Source: Polyangiales bacterium
Lineage (GTDB): Bacteria; Myxococcota_A; Polyangia; Polyangiales; Polyangiaceae
Length of the DNA stretch: 64,000 bases
Assembly: GCA_038231275.1 (NCBI GenBank)
Contig: JBBRLQ010000014.1
Span: forward strand, 64,001-128,000
Direction of reading: 5' to 3'
In this document: in pieces, positions 1 to 9,872 of the stretch
Layout: each line of letters begins with the position of its first letter
Position numbering within the stretch: position 1 is the stretch's first letter
Notes under the pieces: model-generated
The model's database searches: none
Told to the model about the DNA's origin: nothing
The model's input: only the letters and a program-made list of their open reading frames with translations
Program-made: the position numbers and the translations under genes

Positions 1-365
1 TCGGCGAGGACCTCGCTCAAGAGCTGGAGCGAGCCCTCCTCGATCCCCTTCGACGCGACCACGACGCGCGCGTTCGCTTCGAGGTGCGGCGCGATCATCT
101 CGGCGACGCTGCGCAGGTGCTTCGACGGAGGGACGAGTATCACCACCTCGGCGCCGCGGAGCGCAAGGGCGGGATCGCTCGTGGCGGTGAGCGTCTTCGG
201 CAGCGCGATACCGGGGAGGAGCGGCGTGTTTTCGTGGTGGGCGTTGACGCTCTCCACCACGTCGGCTTCGCGCGCCCATCCGCGGACGGTGTGCCCTTGC
301 CGCGCGGCGTGTGAGGCGAGCGCGGTCCCCCACGCCCCGAACCCGACGACGGCGATCGCGGGCAT
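1..365 (-). CDS. gpsA: NAD(P)H-dependent glycerol-3-phosphate dehydrogenase (5' part; runs off the window)
   Basis: Manual translation from ATG at 365: [33 protein letters not shown]...[13 protein letters not shown]...VVASKGIE; GxGxWG Rossmann and SKGIE motifs. Absent from the ORF track because no stop lies in the window. Abuts the upstream gene's stop. Confidence 0.9.
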   Translation of the reverse strand, partial: MPAIAVVGFGAWGTALASHAARQGHTVRGWAREADVVESVNAHHENTPLLPGIALPKTLTATSDPALALRGAEVVILVPPSKHLRSVAEMIAPHLEANARVVVASKGIEEGSLQLLSEVLA

Positions 366-2576
366 CTACTTGTCCATCTCGCTCAGCGCGAACGCGTACT
401 CGTCGGCGAGCTTCTCCACCCACGCCTTCACCATGTCGGCGCCGCCGTGGCCCGCGTTCTTCTCGATGCGCAAGATGACCGGACCGCCGGCCGACGCGTC
501 TTGCATCGCCGCGGTGAACTTTCGCGCGTGCATCGGATCGACGCGATCATCGCTGTCTGCGCTGAGCATCAGTATGCTCGGGTATTTCGTGCCTTTCGCG
601 ACGTGGTGGTACGGCGAGTAGGCGAAGAGGGCCTTGAAGTCCCCTTCGTCTTCGCTCGAGCCGTACTCCTCGACCCAGGTCTTTCCGCTGCCGAACTTGT
701 GATAGCGCACCATGTCGAGGAGGGGCACGTCGCAGAGGACGACGCGGTAGAGATCCGGACGCTGCGTCGCGGCCGCGCCGACGAGGAGTCCGCCGTTCGA
801 GCCGCCGGTGATCGCGGTCTTGCTCGGCTGTGACCAGCCCTCTTTCTGGAGGAACTCGGCGGCGCCTTCGAAGTCGTCGAACACGTTCTGCTTGGTGTGC
901 TTCATCCCCGCGCGGTGCCACTCCTCACCGTACTCGCTGCCGCCGCGCAGGTTGACGAGGGCGAAGACCCCGCCCTTCTCGAGCCACGGGAAGATGCTCG
1001 CGCGGAAGATCGCGCGCTGCGACGACTGGAAGCCGCCGTAGCCGTTGATGAGGAGCGGCGACTTGCCGTCCTTCTTTGCGTCCTTCGCGTGGACGAGGAA
1101 GAGCGGAATCTTCGTCCCGTCCTTCGACTTGAAGAAGAGCTGCTCGACGTCGAACTTCGACGGATCGACCGGGACCTTGAGCTTGAACCAGGTCTTGGTC
1201 TGACCCGTCTTGATGCTCGTCTCCTGGATTTCCGTGGGGTACGTGAGCGACGTGAAGGAGAGGTACGCCTCGTCCTCGTCGTCGCGCCCGGAAATTCCGG
1301 CGGAGCCGACGACCGGAAGCGGGATCTCGCGAACGAGCTTCCCGTCGAGCTCGTGGACCTCGATCTTCGTCGCGACGTCCTTCATGTAGTCGAGGACGAG
1401 CTTGCCGCCGAGGACCGACACCCCGTCGAGCGTGGCGTCGGCGCGCTCGGGGACGATCTCCTTCCACGCGCTGCGCTCTGGCTTCTTCGGATCGACGAGC
1501 ATCGCTCGGTATTTCGGCGCGCCGTCGTTGGTGTGCACGTAGAAGCGCCCCTGGTAGGCCTCGACGTCGAAGAGCGCGTCGAGCCCGGTTACGAGCGGCT
1601 TGAAGCCGTTGTCCTCTTTGGCGCGCAGATCCTTGAAGTAGATGTCGACGCGCGACCAGCCGTGCTGCACGTGCACGAAGAGGAACGCGCCGTCGCGCGA
1701 GAGACCGGGCGCGAGGAACGTCTTCGCGTCGTGCGTCGCCTCGTAGATGCGCGTGTCCTTCTTCGAATCGGTGCCGATCTTGTGGAAGCGGATCTCCGTG
1801 TAGCCGGGGCGCTCGGCGACGGGGATGTCCTTGTCGACGGGGAGCCACGCGTAATAAAAGCCGTCGCCCTTGGGCGTCCACGAGGCGGACGCGTACTTGG
1901 CGCCCTCGATGACGTCGACCTCGCTCTTCTTCCCGGTCGCGACGTCCATCACGTACATCGTCGCTTCGTCGGAGTTGTTCGTCTTGATCTTGTACGCGAC
2001 GGTCTTGCCGTCCCACGTGGGCCACCAGCCGCCGAGCGAGACGTTCGCGCCGCCGGCGCTCCACGCGTTCGGATCGAGGAGGAGCTTCTCGGCGCCGGTC
2101 TTGCCCTCCTTGTAGTAGACGATGCCCTTCTCCTTCGTCGCGTCGCGCTTGCTCCAGAAGTACCGGGCGCCGCGGTGCACTGGGATGCCGACGGAGTCGA
2201 CGTAGAAGAGCTCCTTCAGGCGCGCGGCGAACGCCTCGCGGCCCGGGCGCTTCGCGAGCTCGGCGCGCGCGAGGGCGTCCTGATCGTTCATCCACTTCTT
2301 CACTTCGTCGGACTGCACGTCCTCGAGCCAGCGGTACGGGTCCGGCACGGTGGTGCCGAAGAAGACGTCCTTCGCGTCACTCGTTCGCGAGGCCGGGTAG
2401 GGGAGCGCCTTCATGAGCGTCGTCGGTGGCGGTGTCGGCGTGGGTGCGGTCACCACCGGGGGAGGCGAAGGTGCGACCGGCGCGGGGGCCTCACCGCCGC
2501 ACGCGAAAAACGAGGCGGAAAGGGCGGCGCACGAACCGACGAGCTTGACGAGCTGCATGGGCGCGAATCGTAGCAT
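366..2576 (-). CDS. Prolyl oligopeptidase (S9A), lipoprotein with Pro-rich linker
   Basis: [23 protein letters not shown], nucleophile GGSNGG, DDRV, AGHG; lipobox FFAC. Start may be about 18 nt further in (MQLVKL). Confidence 0.95.
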   Translation of the reverse strand: MLRFAPMQLVKLVGSCAALSASFFACGGEAPAPVAPSPPPVVTAPTPTPPPTTLMKALPYPASRTSDAKDVFFGTTVPDPYRWLEDVQSDEVKKWMNDQDALARAELAKRPGREAFAARLKELFYVDSVGIPVHRGARYFWSKRDATKEKGIVYYKEGKTGAEKLLLDPNAWSAGGANVSLGGWWPTWDGKTVAYKIKTNNSDEATMYVMDVATGKKSEVDVIEGAKYASASWTPKGDGFYYAWLPVDKDIPVAERPGYTEIRFHKIGTDSKKDTRIYEATHDAKTFLAPGLSRDGAFLFVHVQHGWSRVDIYFKDLRAKEDNGFKPLVTGLDALFDVEAYQGRFYVHTNDGAPKYRAMLVDPKKPERSAWKEIVPERADATLDGVSVLGGKLVLDYMKDVATKIEVHELDGKLVREIPLPVVGSAGISGRDDEDEAYLSFTSLTYPTEIQETSIKTGQTKTWFKLKVPVDPSKFDVEQLFFKSKDGTKIPLFLVHAKDAKKDGKSPLLINGYGGFQSSQRAIFRASIFPWLEKGGVFALVNLRGGSEYGEEWHRAGMKHTKQNVFDDFEGAAEFLQKEGWSQPSKTAITGGSNGGLLVGAAATQRPDLYRVVLCDVPLLDMVRYHKFGSGKTWVEEYGSSEDEGDFKALFAYSPYHHVAKGTKYPSILMLSADSDDRVDPMHARKFTAAMQDASAGGPVILRIEKNAGHGGADMVKAWVEKLADEYAFALSEMDK

Positions 2577-2609
2577 CGCGCTACGATAGTGGAGAATCGG
2601 GGAGGTCTC

Positions 2610-2936
2610 ATGCGTGTGAGCTTTCGTCCGATCTCTTGCCTCTCGTCATTGCTTTCGATGTTCGTCCTCGCGGCAGGCACGTGCGCCACCGGGGAGAAGG
2701 ACGACTCCCGTCGTGGCGACCAACGGATCGGGGTTCGCTCCGAACGCCAACAAGGTGCAGATCTGGCAGGGAACGCAGCGCTACGAGGTGCAGGCGGGGG
2801 TGCAGTGGTGGTACGAGAGTCCCTCGCAGATCAACGTGCCGCTGCCGCGGGGATCGTGGCGGGCACCGCGCGGGTGTACGTGCGCTCGTCGACGGGGATC
2901 GACTCGAACGCGGGCCTCATCACGATCTCGCCGTGA
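2610..2936 (+). pseudogene. Probable degraded or frameshifted secreted-protein gene with an Ig-like/IPT-type remnant
   Basis: GGAGG precedes ATG 2610 and a signal-like N-terminus. GC3-rich codons run in a shifted frame at 2713-2845 (GSGFAPNANKV...WWYESPSQINVPLP) and return to the original frame at about 2846 (AGIVAGTARVYVRSSTGIDSN). Confidence 0.5.
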
Positions 2937-2973
2937 ATCGCCGACCTCGTGCAGGTACGATGCTCACGACTGA

Positions 2974-3056
2974 GGCCCCTTGGCGGAACGGTATACGCAG
3001 AAGATTTAAAATCTTCGGCCCGAAAGGGCATCCCGGTTCGAGTCCGGGAGGGGCTA
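2974..3056 (+). tRNA. tRNA-Leu, anticodon TAA (reads UUA)
   Basis: Acceptor GGCCCCT/AGGGGCT; D-arm TGGCGGAACGGTATACGC; anticodon arm GAAGA-TTTAAAA-TCTTC; long variable arm GCCC-GAAA-GGGC; T-arm CCCGG-TTCGAGT-CCGGG; discriminator A; CCA not encoded (CTA follows). Confidence 0.96.
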
Positions 3057-3122
3057 CTACTTGCGCGGCCGCGATCGTCGCTCGCGCGTACGACTGGAGC
3101 GAGGTCCGGCACCCTTCGCTCG

Positions 3123-4277
3123 CTACGGCTTCCGTTGCATCTTTTCGCCGGGCCGTTCCTGGCGGTCGCGCGGTCGGACGTCGTGCACGTGAATCGAGGT
3201 CGGAGGCGGCGCCTGCTTCGGCAAGTCGACGGTGAAGATGCAACCCCTGCCGGGTAAGTCCTGAATGCGAAGCTCGCCATTCATCATCTTCACCGCCCGC
3301 GCACAGATGCTGAGTCCCAGGCCCAGGCCCGTTCGATTTCGGCCCCGCTGCACGAACGGCTGGAGCAAGCCCTGCTCCGATCCAGGAGGTAGGCCGCCGC
3401 ACTCGTCTTCGACGCCGATGAGGACGCGGCTCGTCGTCGTGGTGACGCGGAGCTTGACGGTACTGGAGGGCCGCGTGAACTTGAACGCGTTCTGGACCAG
3501 GTTGGCGAGCGCGGCGGAGAGCGCCGGCCTGTCCGCCTCCACGACGATGTTCGGGTCCACCGAGGTGACTTCGAAACGTAGGCCGCTCGCCTTCGCGACC
3601 ATCGAGGAGCTGATTTCCACCTCTTCGATGATTTCCCACACTGGGACCCGCCTGATGTCCTGGAGCCCGGCGTCGAGGCGCACCTCGGCGAGCGACCGGT
3701 CGATGAGCGTGCCGAGGCGAGTGAAGGCCCGAAGCAGCATCGCGCCCGTGCTACCCCCGGTGCCCACGGTGCCGGCTCTCATGCTGGCGAAGGCCATGAC
3801 GGCGACGTTGAGCGCATTGCGCATCTCGTGCGCGACCATACCCACTTGCTCCGTTTCCTTGAGGGCGGCCGATAGGTCGTGCTCAGACACGTACGCGGTG
3901 ACGGCACCGGCGGTGGCGTCGTCGAGGCAAAGGTTCAGAGTCTGAAAATCACGCGCGGTGATCAGGGCATGCTGATCCGCCGCAAGGCCAGAGATCACCT
4001 GGCAGAGATCACCGTACGAGTTGACGACCTGCGCCACGGTTAGACCCGCGCGAAAGAGTTGGCCTCCTTGTGTGGAGGCGCTGTTGTGGAGCGCCTCGTG
4101 ATCGACCACCTGGTTCAACGCGGCTCTGCCCAGAGCATCGCCGAGCTGATCGAGGAAGATGGGTAGTCCGTGGATTAGCTCTGCGGTCGCCGCGAGCGGC
4201 TCGTCCCTCAGCGCGACACGCGCCAGGGACTTGGCGAGGATCTCCTCCCGATTCGTTGCGATGAAACTTTGGAGCAT
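3123..4277 (-). CDS. Cytoplasmic sensor histidine kinase with an N-terminal RsbRD_N-like helical domain
   Basis: H-box AHEMRNAL, N-box NLVQNAFKF, VEDECGG, GLGLGL; N-terminal VVNSYGDLCQ motif; no TM segment. Confidence 0.9.
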   Translation of the reverse strand: MLQSFIATNREEILAKSLARVALRDEPLAATAELIHGLPIFLDQLGDALGRAALNQVVDHEALHNSASTQGGQLFRAGLTVAQVVNSYGDLCQVISGLAADQHALITARDFQTLNLCLDDATAGAVTAYVSEHDLSAALKETEQVGMVAHEMRNALNVAVMAFASMRAGTVGTGGSTGAMLLRAFTRLGTLIDRSLAEVRLDAGLQDIRRVPVWEIIEEVEISSSMVAKASGLRFEVTSVDPNIVVEADRPALSAALANLVQNAFKFTRPSSTVKLRVTTTTSRVLIGVEDECGGLPPGSEQGLLQPFVQRGRNRTGLGLGLSICARAVKMMNGELRIQDLPGRGCIFTVDLPKQAPPPTSIHVHDVRPRDRQERPGEKMQRKP

Positions 4278-4500
4278 GAGCCTGGTTGGTCCCTTAGTCC
4301 GTTCTGTACGAAGGTTTATTCGGCACGCCGCTCGTTTGGCGACGGGTCACGCCAGTCATGCCGGCGGGTCGCGCGATGCCTTCCAGACGCGCTCAGGAAC
4401 GCTGTCCGCAAGTCCTGGCCGTCGAACGGATGATCGGCCCCCCTGGCCTTCCCTCCGCCTCCGCTGGCGGCCTTCGGAGCTCGATTACACCATGGCGGGC

Positions 4501-4516
4501 TGCAGCAAGCGTGCCC
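4501..4516 (-). promoter_or_regulatory. Putative sigma-54 (-24/-12) promoter for the histidine kinase
   Basis: Minus strand reads GGGCACGCTTGCTGCA, matching consensus TGGCACG-N4-TTGCW with exact GG-N10-GC spacing, about 225 nt upstream of ATG 4277. Confidence 0.55.
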
Positions 4517-4765
4517 CGAACGCTCCTGATGCCTTGCGACAGTTTTGGAGTGCGAACGCGCCACAGCCGACACTCTTGACGCACAGGAATCGCCGTCGAG
4601 CGCAAGCGTCAGCCTTCCGCGAAATCGCCTGCAACGCATGAGCAGCTCCGCACGCGCGCAAACGCGAGCGGGCGACTTCGCACGACCGGAAGGTGCGTCG
4701 GCGAGGGACCGCGCGTCCACGGCGGGTCGCTACGAAGTGCTCGAAGGTGCCGTAGGCTGCGCGCC

Positions 4766-6022
4766 ATGGTGCGCAGCCGCTGGCTTCCTCTCCTCCTCCT
4801 CGCGATGACCTCGCCGGCGTGCGCGCCGCCCGCCGCGCCCGCCAAGCGCGCGGAGGCGACGACCTCGGAGGCGAAGCCGACGGGCGCCGCGCCCACATTG
4901 GAGTCGATTCGCGGGCGACCGCTCGCGACATGGACGCAGGCCGAGCGCGAATTCGTGTTTCCGCGGTGGACGACGTTCGTACGCGCGACGCGCGCGGTGA
5001 AGCATGGCGAGCGTGTGTATCCGCTTCCGGACGGCGCGCCGATCGCGGCGCTCGCGCCCGGCGGAGCGTCGGCGGCGCAGCTCGACGAGTACGTCACCGG
5101 GCACAAGGTCGCGGGGCTCCTCGTCTTGCACGACGGGAAGGTGCGCCTGGAGCGATACGCGCTCGGGCACTCGGCGGGCGCGCTGTGGCCGTCGTTCTCG
5201 GTGGCCAAGTCGATGACGAGCACGCTCGTCGGCGCGGCGATCAAGGACGGGTACATCAAGGGCATCGACGATCCCATCACGCAGTACATCGCCGCGCTGC
5301 GCGGGAGCGCGTACGACAGCGTGACGATTCGTCAGGTGCTCACGATGACGAGCGGCGTGAAGTGGAACGAGGACTACAAGGACCCGAACGCCGACGTCGC
5401 GCGCTTCTACTCGACGCCGCCCGATCCGGGCGTGGACGCGACGGTCAGCTACATGCGAAAGCTGCCGCGCGAGGCGCCTGCGGGCGAGAAGTGGGTCTAC
5501 AAGACCGGCGAGACGAACCTCCTCGGCGTCCTCGTGGCCGAGGCGACGCACAAACCGCTCGCGGAGTACCTGTCCGAGAAGATCTGGGCGGCGTACGGGA
5601 TGGAGCACGACGGGGCGTGGCAGATCGATCGCAGTGGCCATGAGCAAGGCGGGTGCTGCATGCAAGCGACGCTTCGCGACTTCGCGCGCTTCGGTCAATT
5701 CATTCTCGACGGCGCGCGCGTGGACGGGCGCGGGATCGAGCCGGACGATTGGCTCGGCGCCGCTACGCGCAAGCAGGCCGACACGGGGCGGCCCGGCATC
5801 GGGTACGGCTACCAATGGTGGACGCGCGACGACGGGACGTTCTACGCGGTGGGCATCCACGGGCAGCTGATCCACGTCGACGCGAGCCGTCGCCTCGTCG
5901 TCGCGATCAGCAGCGTGTGGCCTGTGGCGACCGGTGCCGACGAGAGCGCGGCGCGAGCGAAGGCGCTGCGGCTCGTCACGGACGCGATCGACGCGGATGC
6001 GCGCCCGAACGCCGGGCGCTGA
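4766..6022 (+). CDS. Serine hydrolase, beta-lactamase class C / 6-aminohexanoate-dimer hydrolase-like, probable lipoprotein
   Basis: SxxK (SVAK), LTMTSG, YKTGET, YGYQWW; N-terminal signal ending SPAC. Confidence 0.9.
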   Translation: MVRSRWLPLLLLAMTSPACAPPAAPAKRAEATTSEAKPTGAAPTLESIRGRPLATWTQAEREFVFPRWTTFVRATRAVKHGERVYPLPDGAPIAALAPGGASAAQLDEYVTGHKVAGLLVLHDGKVRLERYALGHSAGALWPSFSVAKSMTSTLVGAAIKDGYIKGIDDPITQYIAALRGSAYDSVTIRQVLTMTSGVKWNEDYKDPNADVARFYSTPPDPGVDATVSYMRKLPREAPAGEKWVYKTGETNLLGVLVAEATHKPLAEYLSEKIWAAYGMEHDGAWQIDRSGHEQGGCCMQATLRDFARFGQFILDGARVDGRGIEPDDWLGAATRKQADTGRPGIGYGYQWWTRDDGTFYAVGIHGQLIHVDASRRLVVAISSVWPVATGADESAARAKALRLVTDAIDADARPNAGR

Positions 6023-6100
6023 GGCGCTTCAGCCACCGTGATTTCGGTGCCTTGCCTCGCGTTCCCGCGCTCGACGCGTGCGGTCGCCGGCGCGATGCCG

Positions 6101-7165
6101 TCACTGGCAGCAGCAGCGGCCGTACGTGAGCGTCTGCGTGGAGCACTGGTCGCCGATGATCCACTGGGCCCCGGCGGTGCACGCGCTGTCGCTGAACGTC
6201 TCGGCGCCGGCATTGCTGCTCGGTCCGCATGCGGCGGCGCACGTCGCGGAGAGACCCGCGCAGACGGTCGTGCACCCCGTGAAGAACAGCATCGTGCAGT
6301 CCGAGAGGAAGGCGCCGGGCGCGCGGCACGATCCGCTGCTGCACGCTTGGCTGCCGCTGCACGTCTTGCAGGTGACGCCGCCGGTGCCGCAGGCGCTCGT
6401 CGTCGTGCCCGCGTAGCACGTGCTGCCGCTGCAGCAGCCGGAGCACGATGTCGTGTCGCAAATGCACGTCCCGCTCGAGCAGCGTTGGCCGGTGGCGCAG
6501 GCGCCGGTGGTGCACGTCCCGCCGCAGCCGTCACTGCCGCCACACGGGACGCCGGCGCAGCTCGGCGTGCAGCCGGTGCAAAGGCCGCCGGCGCAGGTGG
6601 ATCCGCTGCCGGTGCATTTCGCGCAGATCGAGCCGCCGCTGCCGCACGCGCTCGCGGAGGTGCCGCCGAGGCACGACGAGCCGCTGCAGCATCCGCTGCA
6701 CGATGTGGGATCGCAGACGCACACGCCGGCGTCGCAGTGCAGGCCCGCACCGCACTCGCCGGTCATGCAGACGCCGCCGCACCCGTCGCTCGCGCCGCAC
6801 GCCGCGGCGCACGTCGGCGTACAGGTTCCCGTGCCGCACAAGTTGGGGCCACCACCGCCGCCGCACGTGAGGCCCGCCGGGCACGCGCCGCAGTCGATGA
6901 GGCCTCCGCAGCGGCCTTTGCGCTTGCCGCAGTACCCCGCGCAGTCGGCGGCGTTGTTGGGAATGCACGCCGCACCGTCGGGGAGCAAAGTCCCGCCATC
7001 GCCAGGAGGGGTGACGGCGCCGCCTTCCGTTTGCGCGTCCTGATCCGCGGGAAATTCCACGCGATCGACGGTGCTGCAGCCGGTGGCGGGGATGGCGAGG
7101 GCGCCCAGCGTGACGGCCGCGAGCGCGGTCAGCCAAGTGCGGAAGGTCCTCGTCGAGGTCGCCAT
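6101..7165 (-). CDS. Cysteine-rich repeat lipoprotein
   Basis: Real start MATSTRTF at 7165; lipobox ATGC; repeated CGxSDGCGGxC and CxCDxTSCSGCCSGSxC units. The upstream part of the listed 1217-aa ORF is antisense shadow. Confidence 0.85.
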   Translation of the reverse strand: MATSTRTFRTWLTALAAVTLGALAIPATGCSTVDRVEFPADQDAQTEGGAVTPPGDGGTLLPDGAACIPNNAADCAGYCGKRKGRCGGLIDCGACPAGLTCGGGGGPNLCGTGTCTPTCAAACGASDGCGGVCMTGECGAGLHCDAGVCVCDPTSCSGCCSGSSCLGGTSASACGSGGSICAKCTGSGSTCAGGLCTGCTPSCAGVPCGGSDGCGGTCTTGACATGQRCSSGTCICDTTSCSGCCSGSTCYAGTTTSACGTGGVTCKTCSGSQACSSGSCRAPGAFLSDCTMLFFTGCTTVCAGLSATCAAACGPSSNAGAETFSDSACTAGAQWIIGDQCSTQTLTYGRCCCQ

Positions 7166-7336
7166 ACGAGCGTTGTACGACGGGTTGGGTCGTTTTCCAC
7201 CCGGCGCGGGCGATTTTTCGCGGCGTCGTCGCTGGCGGAGACGGCCTCGGCGACGTGACGTCCGTGACCGAGCACAGCTCCGCTCGCTCGTGTTTCGTAC
7301 GGGCGAGAAGGTCGCCTTCGCGTAGCCTTGGGCGAG

Positions 7337-8560
7337 ATGGCGCAGGATCTCGATCTGGCGTTCGAAGACGCCGTCGGCGCCGAGCGCGCGCGCATCCTGA
7401 AGCGCCTCGCGGTCCTTCGCGCGGTCGGCGTGGCCGGGTGGCTCGCGCTCGCGGTGTTCTTCGGAGTGGTCGGAGAAGATCGGGCGACGTGGCGCGTCCA
7501 GGCGCCGTGGCTCGCGGCGTACTTCGCGCTTTCGCTCGTGATGGTCGTGGCGTCGCGTCGCCAGGGCGGGATGCGCGGGAGCTCCTTCGCGGTGGCCTTC
7601 GTCGACGCGCCGATGGTCTACCTGATCGTCCGGTGCGTTCTGCCGCTGTCGAGCGATCCGAGCGCGGTCGCGTCGTTCGATTTCGGCCTCTCCGTCCTCA
7701 TCGTGCTCTTGTCGGTTCTCTCGTTCGACCGCGCCGCCATTCGCGCGACCGCGGTCGTCGTCGTCCTCACGAACCAAGCGATCCTCTGGCAGGTCAAGGA
7801 GGCGCTCGCCGAGCGTGTCTCGTCGGCGCTCGGCGTCGTGGTCGGCGCGGCGGCGGCGCTCTTTGCGTCGAACCAGATGCTCTCCCTGGTCCGTCAGGTC
7901 GCGCGCGGCCAACAAGCGCGCGAGCGACTCTCGCGTTATTTTTCCCCGGCGGTCGCCGAGCGCATCGTCCGCGCGGGCGGCGACGTCGGCGCCGGTGAGC
8001 ACCGCGAGGTCACCATCCTCTTCTCGGACATCCGCGGCTTCACCGCCCAGTCGGAGAACCTCGCGAGCCCCGACGTCGTCGCGATGCTCAACGAGTACTT
8101 GTCGGAGATGGTCGCCGTGATCTTCCGCCATGGCGGGACGCTCGACAAATTCATCGGCGACGGGATCCTCGCGTACTTCGGCGCCCCGCTCGACGCGCCC
8201 GACCACGCGCGCGACGCGGTGGCGTGCGCGCTCGACATGGTCGACGCCCTCCAGTCCCTGAACGAGCGCCGACAGTCGCGCGGCCAGGGGGCGCTCGTGG
8301 TCGGCATCGGCGTGCACACGGGGCGTGTCGTCGTGGGGGACATCGGGCCGGAGTCGCGCCGCGAATACACGGTGATCGGCGACGCCGTGAACCTCGCGTC
8401 GCGCATCGAGGGCATGACCAAGATCGCGGGCGCGGGCGTCCTCGTGTCGGCGGACACGCACGATCGCGCCGCGGACGCCTTCGCCTGGCGCGCCGCCGAG
8501 CCGGCCACGGTGCGCGGAAAGTCCGCACCCGTCCTCACCTACGAGCCTTCGCGCAGGTAA
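7337..8560 (+). CDS. Membrane-bound class III adenylate/guanylate cyclase
   Basis: About 6 TM segments; [37 protein letters not shown]. The Lys in DKF suggests ATP specificity. Confidence 0.93.
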   Translation: MAQDLDLAFEDAVGAERARILKRLAVLRAVGVAGWLALAVFFGVVGEDRATWRVQAPWLAAYFALSLVMVVASRRQGGMRGSSFAVAFVDAPMVYLIVRCVLPLSSDPSAVASFDFGLSVLIVLLSVLSFDRAAIRATAVVVVLTNQAILWQVKEALAERVSSALGVVVGAAAALFASNQMLSLVRQVARGQQARERLSRYFSPAVAERIVRAGGDVGAGEHREVTILFSDIRGFTAQSENLASPDVVAMLNEYLSEMVAVIFRHGGTLDKFIGDGILAYFGAPLDAPDHARDAVACALDMVDALQSLNERRQSRGQGALVVGIGVHTGRVVVGDIGPESRREYTVIGDAVNLASRIEGMTKIAGAGVLVSADTHDRAADAFAWRAAEPATVRGKSAPVLTYEPSRR

Positions 8561-8608
8561 TTCCGCGGCGCGGGCAACTCGTGGCAAACTGAGGGGGTGG
8601 CAGTGGGG

Positions 8609-9862
8609 ATGATCAAACGCGCGGCGATGGTGACGGCGCCGCTCCTGGCGCTCGCTGCCGCGTGCGGCATCGACTCGCAAGGCTCCCCGACGTTCTGCGA
8701 TTCGCCGGACGCCACCGCCGACGGCACCGTCGCCGACGGTCCCGCTGCCACCGACGCCAGCCTCGACGAGGCGACGCCGACCTCCGACGCGCCTGGCCCC
8801 GATGCGCCGAACGACGCCGGCTCCACGGTCGACGCGATCGCGCTGTGCAAGTCCGAGTGCGAGGGCAAAGAGGCCGGCGTCTGCGAGGGCGGCACCTGCG
8901 TCATCGACTGCCCGTACCAGAAGTGCCCTACCAAGGTGACGTGCCCCTCCGGCATCGGCTGCAAGGTCACGTGCGCGCAGAGCGCGTGCGGCGACGGCGT
9001 CGACTGCTCCGGCGCGACGAGCTGCGCGATCGACTGCGGCTCCGCCGCGTGCCTCGGCGCCATGAAGTGCGCGGGCTCGACGTGCGCGCTCTCGTGCGGC
9101 GGCGGCTCGTGCACTGGCCCCATCGACTGCAAGGCCGGCCAGTGCGACGTCTTCTGCTCCGGCGGCGGGAGCTCGAGCACCTGCGGGCAAGGAGTCACCA
9201 CGACGGCGCGCGCGTCGAACATCCGTTGCTTCGGCGCCGCGTGCAAGGACGTCACGTGCGACGGCGGCAGCTGCAACATCGACTGCGAGCCGACGAACAG
9301 CTGCGCCGGCGTCGTCGTGGCGAACGGCGCGGTTCAGAACCGTATCCAGTGCTACCAGGCGTGCGGACAGGACGTGCGCTGCACCGGTCGCAACTGCACG
9401 GTCTACGCGTCGGGATCGAACACGGCGACCGGCGCAGTGGACAGCAAAGCCACGGGCACCACGACGATCGACTGCCGAAACGGCGCCTGCACCAAGGACG
9501 TGACGTGCGCCGGCACCGACTGCAACGTCCTCTGCACCGGGAGCGGGAGCTGCGCCGCCGCGGTTCGCAGCGCCGCCACCGGCGAGACCACGGTCGACTG
9601 CACGAACTACGCGTGCGCGGGCGACGTCGGCTGCGCGGGCGGCGACTGTCTCGTCACGTGCAACGGCGCGAACACGTGCAAGGGCGTCGACTCCACCGCG
9701 ACTGGAACGAGCACGATCGACTGTTATAGCGGCGCGTGCACGCAGAAGGTCCACTGCGCGGGCGGCAGCTGCGCGACGACCTGCGTGAACGGCTGCGGCG
9801 GCGGCGTATGCTGCGACGCCGGCGCGTGCAGCGTCACCGGCAACACGAACGGCTGCCCGTGA
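8609..9862 (+). CDS. Cysteine-rich repeat lipoprotein
   Basis: Lipobox AAAC, acidic DA-rich linker, then a long periodic Cys region with 41-42 aa repeats. Confidence 0.85.
   Translation: MIKRAAMVTAPLLALAAACGIDSQGSPTFCDSPDATADGTVADGPAATDASLDEATPTSDAPGPDAPNDAGSTVDAIALCKSECEGKEAGVCEGGTCVIDCPYQKCPTKVTCPSGIGCKVTCAQSACGDGVDCSGATSCAIDCGSAACLGAMKCAGSTCALSCGGGSCTGPIDCKAGQCDVFCSGGGSSSTCGQGVTTTARASNIRCFGAACKDVTCDGGSCNIDCEPTNSCAGVVVANGAVQNRIQCYQACGQDVRCTGRNCTVYASGSNTATGAVDSKATGTTTIDCRNGACTKDVTCAGTDCNVLCTGSGSCAAAVRSAATGETTVDCTNYACAGDVGCAGGDCLVTCNGANTCKGVDSTATGTSTIDCYSGACTQKVHCAGGSCATTCVNGCGGGVCCDAGACSVTGNTNGCP
9449..9785 (+). repeat. Intragenic tandem repeat of 41-42 aa units (ATGxxTxDCxxxACxxxVxCAGxxC)
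   Basis: Units begin at 9449, 9575 and 9698; more degenerate copies lie upstream. Confidence 0.8.
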
Positions 9863-9872
9863 CGCGCGCCGC

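Noticed and set aside
3040..4765. Prophage or integrative element at the tRNA
   Set aside because: No integrase and no duplicate of the tRNA 3' end seen in the window.
7166..9754. N-terminal 860 aa of the listed 1217-aa minus-strand ORF
   Set aside because: Antisense shadow of the cyclase and Cys-rich genes; only 6101-7165 looks like a real protein.
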